A stretch of DNA of 63,992 nt, filler included, from Tortispora ganteri (taxonomy: Eukaryota), in NCBI GenBank assembly GCA_003707115.1. It is 8 parts of 8 records of this genome, joined end to end, with 100 filler letters (N's around TTAATTAATTAA, not from the genome) between each part and the next. Parts side by side here need not be neighbours in the genome. Positions count along the whole stretch, not along the records: positions 54,096 to 60,930 come from PPNB01000057.1; positions 61,031 to 63,992 come from PPNB01000108.1; 6 more parts are not named here. The stretch is one strand, 5' to 3'. Below the pieces are notes generated by a model. That model was not told the origin of the DNA and did no database searches. It worked only from the letters and a program-made list of their open reading frames with translations. The first letter of the stretch is position 1. Each line of letters starts with the position of its first letter. The position numbers were made by a program, and so were the translations under genes. Positions 56,830 to 63,992 of this stretch are shown here, piece after piece.

Positions 56830-58662
56830 ATGGTGCAGACAATATACAGTACTATTGTAGAAACGAACACGCTCATTTGCAGCCCACCTGTTGAGACTTC
56901 TACTGTCTATGGGCGCTTGTACACTTCTGAGTCTGTTGCCACACGTGTGACTGTCTACGACGACCAATGCGCGCCTCATGTGTCTACAGTTTCAGGCTGG
57001 TACTGCAACCAGTGCACACCCACTACGGTGACCTATATACCTAGTCCGCCGCTCGTCAAAGACGACTGTACCTACGTCTGGTCATACTACGAGTCCGTGT
57101 CCATGTCCGTGTCGGTTGACGTGCACGTTTCTATTGAGATTCCAGTCATTATCACGGAAACTATAGCACCTACGCCTCCGCCTACTCACCCCGCTACAGC
57201 TACCGCGACTGTCCCTACGACTGTGCCCACTGTGCCTGCAGACGCTTGCTCAACCGCACCTGCCTACAGCGCAGGCCAAGCATTTGCCGCTATATATGAG
57301 GGTGCGGTAGACTTGTCATCGAGCGATATCCAGAACGGTGGCTACAGGAACTACCAGCGAGACAATGTGGCCGCTACAGTCTTGTCAAACTCTATATCGG
57401 CATCGGTATCCGAACAGGGCTATGTCGAGTACCTTTTCTACCTTGAACCATCAGCCGACATTGCGTTTGTAGATGTACAGGCACAGGATCCTAGTAACTT
57501 TGCAGATACTTACGCGTACCTCTTTGATGGCGAACTGGCTATGCGGTGCGATAACATGGACCTTATTGGCTCTTCTGGCTCTTCTGCCACTGCCCCTCTG
57601 GATAGTTCGAATGGGTTCAAAGCAAGTTTCCCCGTCGACTTTGCCGGTGGGTACTTGTACCCAATCCGTATAGTCATTCCAGTTACAGGCTTTGGATCGG
57701 CGGGTCAATTCAAGCGTCAAGCTGGAGTTTCCGTGACCGTGAGTATTGTGTTCACTACTACTAGTGGCCAGACTATATCCATATCTGTGTCTGCTTCTAC
57801 AAGTGGGTCACCTGAGCCGATTAATCCTATTACCTCATTTGGTTATATTTCTAGTTCTAGTTCTAGTTCCAGTTCTAGTTCTAGTTCCAGTTCTAGTTCT
57901 AGTTCCAGTTTGAGTTTGAGTTTGAGTTTGAGTTTGAGTTCTAGTTCTAGTTCTAGTTCTAGTTCTAGTTCTAGTTCTAGTTCTAGTTCTAGTTCTAGTT
58001 CTAGTTCTAGTTCTAGTTCTAGTTCAAGTACCAGTTCTAGTTCCAGTGTTAGTTCTAGCGCAACTGTCAGCTCAATCGTCACTTCGAATGTCAGTTCGAG
58101 TCTTGCTTTGAGCACTTTCAGTTCAATTCAGTCGAGGTCTGCCGTCTCTAGTAGCAGCAGCTGCGCAGTAGTGTCATACGCCTGCCAGTGCGAACCGTCA
58201 CAGACGCTGCTGGGGCGGGAGTGGACGGTGAATCTTACGGAGTATACTGAAACGCAGGTGGCCAATGGAGATTATCGGGTAGGGAATCCCAGTTATGTTA
58301 ACGTGATATTTGGTGAGGGTTTCATAGAGTTCAGTTCTGCTGGCAATGCAGTGACAGAGGTGCTAATGTATGTTTCTGGCCCATCCGTGATAGTGGAAGT
58401 AATTATGTTGCGAGACTCGCCCCTCATTGATCACACGAGATACTATGGGTACGCGTACGGCGGCGAAAACGGAATGACGTGCGGGGACATTGAGACAATT
58501 GGAAGCGGTGGATGGGAATCTACATACATTCCCCATATTTATAATTCAATGTGGCTAATACAGAAGTATCTTTCCGAGGGATGGACACCATTACGATTGG
58601 TGATTTACAATGAGAATCAGCAGGATGTGTCATTTCGTGCTTATATGGCGCCGCCTAAATAA
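56830..58662 (+). CDS. Adhesin-like family member F (complete, 610 aa, short stalk)
   Basis: ATG 56830 MVQTIYST; same two-domain dumbbell as member C. Confidence 0.85.
   Translation: MVQTIYSTIVETNTLICSPPVETSTVYGRLYTSESVATRVTVYDDQCAPHVSTVSGWYCNQCTPTTVTYIPSPPLVKDDCTYVWSYYESVSMSVSVDVHVSIEIPVIITETIAPTPPPTHPATATATVPTTVPTVPADACSTAPAYSAGQAFAAIYEGAVDLSSSDIQNGGYRNYQRDNVAATVLSNSISASVSEQGYVEYLFYLEPSADIAFVDVQAQDPSNFADTYAYLFDGELAMRCDNMDLIGSSGSSATAPLDSSNGFKASFPVDFAGGYLYPIRIVIPVTGFGSAGQFKRQAGVSVTVSIVFTTTSGQTISISVSASTSGSPEPINPITSFGYISSSSSSSSSSSSSSSSSSSSLSLSLSLSLSSSSSSSSSSSSSSSSSSSSSSSSSSSSSSSTSSSSSVSSSATVSSIVTSNVSSSLALSTFSSIQSRSAVSSSSSCAVVSYACQCEPSQTLLGREWTVNLTEYTETQVANGDYRVGNPSYVNVIFGEGFIEFSSAGNAVTEVLMYVSGPSVIVEVIMLRDSPLIDHTRYYGYAYGGENGMTCGDIETIGSGGWESTYIPHIYNSMWLIQKYLSEGWTPLRLVIYNENQQDVSFRAYMAPPK
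57850..58025 (+). repeat. Coding hexanucleotide microsatellite (TCTAGT)n with embedded (TTGAGT)5
   Basis: Seen directly. Confidence 0.95.
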
Positions 58663-60105
58663 TGCGTTATAGTTTATTTTTGCAGCTATAAATAGATAGA
58701 TTCAGCGGGGCGTGGGGAGTTGGGTTGTATATAAAAACCCCCGCTACCCTTTCTTAGCTATCGAGTCTATTATAGTGCTAAACAGAAACATGGATGAATT
58801 TATCTCAGCTGTGTCTGTTAACTATCAAGTGATAAAGTTTAGCCATCAAGCGTTTGATGGTATTAGACTCAGGAACCTCTTGATGTTGCTATGTTAAACA
58901 CAAGGCGCTCGGCTGGAGCTATAAAATACAAGAACGACAACAGTATCACGTTAGCGTATATCCTTAGTGAATTTCGGACAGCTCGTTCAGGTTACTAATA
59001 AATCAGTATAAAATATTGATGTTTATCGTCATGAAAAGCCTTACATTGAACTAAGGTCGTTTAGTGGTCTTAGAGGTACTGATAAACCGAATAAGCATAG
59101 TAACTATAGATAATTTTTGATGATCTTACGCCAGCTTCAGACGATCTTCATTCAATTGCATGGTTTCTGGTCGAAGTCTATTATTTACCCTTTTGTGGAA
59201 ACAATGGCCAATTATTGATCTTAGAGATATAATTGGCTTTACAGGCTTGTATCTAGAAGTTGGTTCCGAAAGCGAATTTTGTGCTTCAAAGAGCCTTATT
59301 GTCGATAAGTGGACTGCCTCCAGATTTTGGAAGTAGACTCTACTTGAATGTAAGAAATGCAAGCTAGCCTCTGAGCTAATGCTTTCTGCTCTTGGTTAAC
59401 TGCAGTTTCTTGAGTTACTGAGAAAAATTATACGGTTCATAGCGTGACTCTAGGAGCAGCAATCTGTTACATACCGCTTAGAAGTTGTAATTTTACTTTC
59501 AAAATAAGATGAAAACCGCGGCTGAAGCAAGGACGTTTCTCTAAGATCTATCTGTCGGCATCAGTCGCCTGTAGATGACTGACCGAGAAGTTAATGGCTG
59601 GACGCCTGCAAGATGTGGTTGCTGGCTGTATTGGTACGTAAAATAAGGTTATACATTCGGCACCTTGTAACGTTAACGCCAGCGTCAACTTGGCGCCTTT
59701 CGCTTAAGTCGAATGCAGTTTTGTGCTGTTCTCACAGTAGAGGTATTCAGGCATTGCTTGATTTCTAAATATTGGTACTTATAGTATGATGTTTCAATAC
59801 AAGAAATCATGGAAGTCTAGTAGATATGTACTGTGTTACGAGCGTGTGGTAGCGACAGTTTAGTTATGAGACATATCCAAATGGCGAATATGGCTTAGCA
59901 ATTGAGATCGATTATTAACTTGATGCTAATAATATTAGTTTAATTGGTGCTAATATAACTGTTGGTATTGGTACAGGTTTTTAGCGTGGTAGCTAGGTGA
60001 GCCGATTGTTTACATTTTGGCTCGGTTGGAGTCGGGCAACTTAGTCCGACTCGCTGAGACTAGCAGCATATTCGCTGGCAATGAGACTTACTAACCGACA
60101 ACATC

Positions 60106-60673
60106 ATGAGAACGACTAGGGAAGTGAAGACGTTTTTGTGCGAGCCGCCAGTGGAAACGACGACGGTTTATGGACGAGTATTTGCTAGCACGTCGGGGGT
60201 GGTTACTGCGTTCGACGGGAAGTGTGGGGCGGATCTTGTAACGGTCAGCGGGTGGAACTGCCAGCAGTGCGTGGCGACGGCGGGCAGCGCTCTGTCAATG
60301 CGCACTTCGCGGTGGTCATACAGCGAGGACCTGTGTGCAGCAGGTTACGACGCGTTCGACGGTAATTTTGAGGCAATTGCGGCAGGCGAGTGTAGGGCCG
60401 GGCCGAAAGTGGCTCTGGCTGCATAAGTGACGAGCGATGGGATCACTGCGGAAGGCGGTGTGGACTGGTGGAAGTGATGTGCTACGTCGAGAACGGCACA
60501 ATCACAGCGATCAGGGGCGGTGCGGACATGTTCCTCGGGAAAATTGGGATGACTTGCGGGAAGATCGAAGCGATCGGGACTGAGCGAATGGTTTACGGGG
60601 AACGATGATCAGGGTGGTGTCTAGGTGTACGCCTGTACGTGTAGTTGTTGTGCCGAGCAGCCGCAAGCAATAA
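60106..60673 (+). pseudogene. Degenerate stalk-less family member
   Basis: MRTTREVKTFLCEPPVETTTVYG...SGWNCQQC...IAAGECR then TAA at 60424. Shifted frames give GLVEVMCYV...MFLGKIGMTCGKIEAIG and TPVRVV. Confidence 0.75.
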
Positions 60674-60930
60674 GGTGGCGAGATAGTGGTTGGTCATGCT
60701 GGGATGTCTTTGGTGCTAGAAGTATCGGCATGCGAGGATAAAAAATGAGTGCAGCTGCGAGTGCGACCGAGCTCCACCCTGGTAGTTCAAGTACCAGTTT
60801 GACTGCAACTTTCAGCTCGAGAATCAGTTGGAGTGTCGGTTTGAGCGGGTCCAGCGATGTTGGCCTGGAAATTGGTTATAACCAAAAGAATATCGTCTCT
60901 CATATCTCATGGCAATGCAGTGACGGAGGT

Positions 60931-61030
60931 NNNNNNNNNNNNNNNNNNNNNNNNNNNNNNNNNNNNNNNNNNNNTTAATTAATTAANNNNNNNNNNNNNN
61001 NNNNNNNNNNNNNNNNNNNNNNNNNNNNNN
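60931..61030. other. Assembly gap linker
   Basis: N44-TTAATTAATTAA-N44. Confidence 0.97.
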
Positions 61031-63271
61031 GCGTCTTCAACGATTTTAAGCAATTCAAGTGTTGTGCCAGTTTCATCGGTATTAAGCAACTCGAGCATCT
61101 TACCGACTTCGGCCTACAGCAATTCAAGTGCATTACCGGTTACTTCGTCTAACGTCTCGAGCATTCTGTTTTCTTCATCAGTGTTAAGCAACTCAAGCTT
61201 CTTGCCGACATCGATCTATAGCAACTCAACTGCCTTGCCGACTTCAATCTATAGCAACTCAACTGCCTTGCCAACGTCGATCTACAGCAACTCGAGCGCC
61301 TCACCTACATCGATTTACAGCAACTCAAGCGCCTTGCCAACATCAGCTTACAGCAACTCAAGCGTCTTGCCAACGTCGATCTACAGCAATTCAAGTGCCT
61401 TGCCAACGTCGATCTATAGTAATTCGAGTGTCTTGCCTACTTCAGTTTTTAGCAACTCGAGTGCCTTGCCAACGTCGATTTACAGCAATTCAAGCGTCTT
61501 GCCAACGTCGATTTACAGCGACTCAACTGCCTTGCCTACATCGATTTACAGCAATTCAAGCGCCTTGCCGACTTCAATCTACAGCAACTCGAGTGCCTTG
61601 CCTACGTCGATTTACAGCAATTCGAGTCTCTTGCCTAAGTCGATGTACAGCAACTCGAGCGCCTTACCGACGTCGATGTACAGCAACTCGAGCGCTTTGC
61701 CAAAATCAATTTACAGCAACTTGAGTGTCTTATCAAAATCGATCTACAGCAACTCAAGTGCCTTGCCAACATCGATATACAGCAACTCGAGTGTCTTATC
61801 AACATCGATCTACAGCAACTCGAGTGTCTTACCATTTTCGATCTACAGCAACTCGAGTGTGTTATCAACATCGATCTATAGCAACTCGAGTGTCTTAACA
61901 ACTTCGATCTACAGCAACTCGAGTGCGTTGCCATCGTCGATCTATAGCAACTCGAGTGTCTTAACAACTTCGATCTATAGCAACTCGAGTGTCTTGCCTT
62001 CAAGCGTCTTTCCAACTTCGATCTACAGCAACTCGAGCGTCTTACCAACCTCGATTTTCAGCAACTCGAGTGCTTTGCCAACATCGATATACAGCAACTC
62101 GAGCGCCTTGCCATCGTCGATCTATAGCAACTCGAGTGTCTTACCAACTTCGTCAGGCAACTCGAGCGCCTTGGCAACATCGATCTATAGCAACTCGAGT
62201 GCCTTGGCAACATCGATCTATAGCAACTCGAGTGTCTTAACAACATCGATCTATAGCAACTCGAGTGCCTTGGCAACATCGATATACAGCAACTCGAGCG
62301 CCTTGCCATCGTCGATCTATAGCAACTCGAGTGTCTTAACAACTTCGATCTACAGCAACTCGAGTGCGTTGCCATCGTCGATCTATAGCAACTCGAGTGT
62401 CTTACCAACTTTGTCAGGCAACTCGAGCGCCTTGCCAACATCGATCTATAGCAACTCGAGTGCCTTGGCAACATCGATCTATAGCAACTCGAGTGTCTTA
62501 ACAACATCGATGTACAGCAACTCGAGTGCGTTGCCATCGTCGATCTATAGCAACTCAAGCGTGTTATCAACTTCGATGTACAGCAACTCAAGCGTCTTGC
62601 CGACGTCGATGTACAGCAACTCAAGCGTCTTGCCGACATCGACGGGCAACTCTAGCAGATTGACAGTTTCTTCGTCTGGAATTGTGGGATCTTCATTGGT
62701 GTTAAGCAGTTCTAGTTCTAGTTCTAGTTCGAGTGTTGGTTGGAGTGTATCCAGCTCAGCTCAGTGGAGTTCTAGCGCCTCGAGTAGCAGCAGCTGTGGA
62801 GTGGTGTCAAACGCTTGCAAGTGCGAACCGTCGCAGACGCTGCTGGCGCGGGAGTGGGCGGGGGATCTTAGGGAGTACAATGAAACTGAGGTAGCCGATG
62901 GGAAGTACCGGATGGGAATTCCCAGCAAGGTTGACGTGTATATTTCAAAGAGCGATAGGGATCTAAATATCGACGTCAGAGATGTCAATGCAGTGATGGA
63001 GGTGCTGCTATATGTTCGCGGACCGAACGAGATAAGATATGTCGACAGTCCCGTATACTACTTAGCGTATATGTTTATTGGTGAAAGCGGGATGAGGTGT
63101 GGGGACATAGAGGCAATCGGAAGCGGTGGATGGAAATTCGTGCACCCATTGAACTCAGGGCTCAAGTGGGATATTTATCAGCCATTGTCGGAGGGGTGGA
63201 CGCCGTTGCGATTCGTGTACTACCGTGAATACTGGAGCTTTTTTAACATTCATTTCGACTCTAATATCTAG
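61031..63271 (+). CDS. Adhesin-like family member G, 5'-truncated (stalk plus C-terminal domain)
   Basis: Open from the gap. SIYSNSS repeats, then CGVVSNACKCEPSQ...GKYR...EVLLYV...GMRCGDIEAIG...WTPLRFV. Confidence 0.85.
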   Translation, partial: ASSTILSNSSVVPVSSVLSNSSILPTSAYSNSSALPVTSSNVSSILFSSSVLSNSSFLPTSIYSNSTALPTSIYSNSTALPTSIYSNSSASPTSIYSNSSALPTSAYSNSSVLPTSIYSNSSALPTSIYSNSSVLPTSVFSNSSALPTSIYSNSSVLPTSIYSDSTALPTSIYSNSSALPTSIYSNSSALPTSIYSNSSLLPKSMYSNSSALPTSMYSNSSALPKSIYSNLSVLSKSIYSNSSALPTSIYSNSSVLSTSIYSNSSVLPFSIYSNSSVLSTSIYSNSSVLTTSIYSNSSALPSSIYSNSSVLTTSIYSNSSVLPSSVFPTSIYSNSSVLPTSIFSNSSALPTSIYSNSSALPSSIYSNSSVLPTSSGNSSALATSIYSNSSALATSIYSNSSVLTTSIYSNSSALATSIYSNSSALPSSIYSNSSVLTTSIYSNSSALPSSIYSNSSVLPTLSGNSSALPTSIYSNSSALATSIYSNSSVLTTSMYSNSSALPSSIYSNSSVLSTSMYSNSSVLPTSMYSNSSVLPTSTGNSSRLTVSSSGIVGSSLVLSSSSSSSSSSVGWSVSSSAQWSSSASSSSSCGVVSNACKCEPSQTLLAREWAGDLREYNETEVADGKYRMGIPSKVDVYISKSDRDLNIDVRDVNAVMEVLLYVRGPNEIRYVDSPVYYLAYMFIGESGMRCGDIEAIGSGGWKFVHPLNSGLKWDIYQPLSEGWTPLRFVYYREYWSFFNIHFDSNI
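61190..62650 (+). repeat. 33-bp minisatellite (T/S)SIYSNSS(A/V)LP, roughly 45 units
   Basis: TCGATCTAYAGCAACTCGAG core repeated at 33-bp spacing. Confidence 0.95.
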
Positions 63272-63992
63272 TTTATATTTGTAGTTATAAATTGATCGTT
63301 TCAAGGAGTGTGGGGACGGGAGTAGAGAGAGAGAATTGAAGGGGAATGGAGACTAATCTCGGCGATAGCGGAGATTAGACAAGTAAGATAGAGTTTAAGA
63401 AATTTCCCGATTGGGACAGTCCGAATTGGGAAAAAACATAAAGCACGTAGCGTCCCGAAAGAAAAATAAGCATAGATCACGTGACGTCCCGAAATGGAAA
63501 TTCGATATATATAAAACCCCCGCCACCCCTACTATTGATGCATGTTTGACTGAATGTAAATGAGCAGGCATTGTCTACGTGAATTGCCAAAACTATCGAT
63601 ACTAAAAGTGCGGTATTTGGAAAGCCTACTAAACTAATGCTAGGTGAACTTAAAATTTAATTAAATGAGCCAGAGGACACTAGTGCGATAACCGCAGCTG
63701 TGGTGCAAACTGCAAACTGCAAATTGCAGCATGGCAGCATTGCTCGCGGACCAGTAAATCATTGAAGCAGAGCCTAGAAGGTTGTATACTTTGTTGCTGA
63801 ACGAGTGAACGGAATGCAGGGTGTATTATAAAATAGTCATTGAGCGGTACATGCCGAATATGATCACAGTCGGTCAAGCAGATAATAAGGTTCTTAAATT
63901 TTGCTTTCGGTAGATTCTAGAGCGCAACGAAGTTGGTGAACCTTGATATTGGCATATCGCACTATAAAAAGATTGAGGATTTCATTAACTGA
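63272..63992 (+). repeat. Conserved intergenic cassette (copy 4, partial; runs off window)
   Basis: Reverse-complement match to 12957 down to about 12250; suggests another family gene beyond the window. Confidence 0.8.

Noticed and set aside
60029..60052. GAGTCGG-N10-CCGACTC palindrome upstream of the pseudogene
   Set aside because: Short, single occurrence; cannot be distinguished from chance.
60745..60930. Short Ser-rich ORF running into the gap
   Set aside because: No family motifs and too short to call; linkage to 61031 across the gap is unsupported.
61190..62650. Regular 33-bp repeats as a CRISPR-like array
   Set aside because: Contiguous in-frame coding units with no unique spacers, in a eukaryotic context.

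Overview
Window from an intron-poor ascomycete yeast draft scaffold. CTG falls at conserved Leu positions, so the standard code applies. It is eight contigs joined by seven identical 100-bp gap linkers (N44-TTAATTAATTAA-N44), so adjacency across gaps is not guaranteed. Contents: (i) a metabolic segment with an agmatinase/guanidinobutyrase-like gene and two tandem peroxisomal 4CL-like acyl-CoA ligases; (ii) a 9.4-kb housekeeping block present twice, most likely as two haplotypes (Sec24-family 3' end, molybdopterin synthase catalytic subunit, G3P acyltransferase, BDP1, F-box/LRR, mitochondrial carrier, VMA3, SNU13); (iii) a cluster of about 10 genes, fragments and one pseudogene of an unusual Ser-rich adhesin-like family, the most notable element. 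Complete members have a 'dumbbell' layout: Cys-rich N-terminal module, divergent PA14/GLEYA-like domain, tandem-repeat Ser stalk, then a second, hypervariable PA14/GLEYA-like domain at the free C-terminus. They carry KR sites, and several stalks are dense in N-glycosylation sequons, yet no signal peptide or GPI signal is visible. Paralogues are mosaics of one another and share a conserved ~1.8-kb intergenic cassette. All family assignments come from motif recognition by eye, not database searches.
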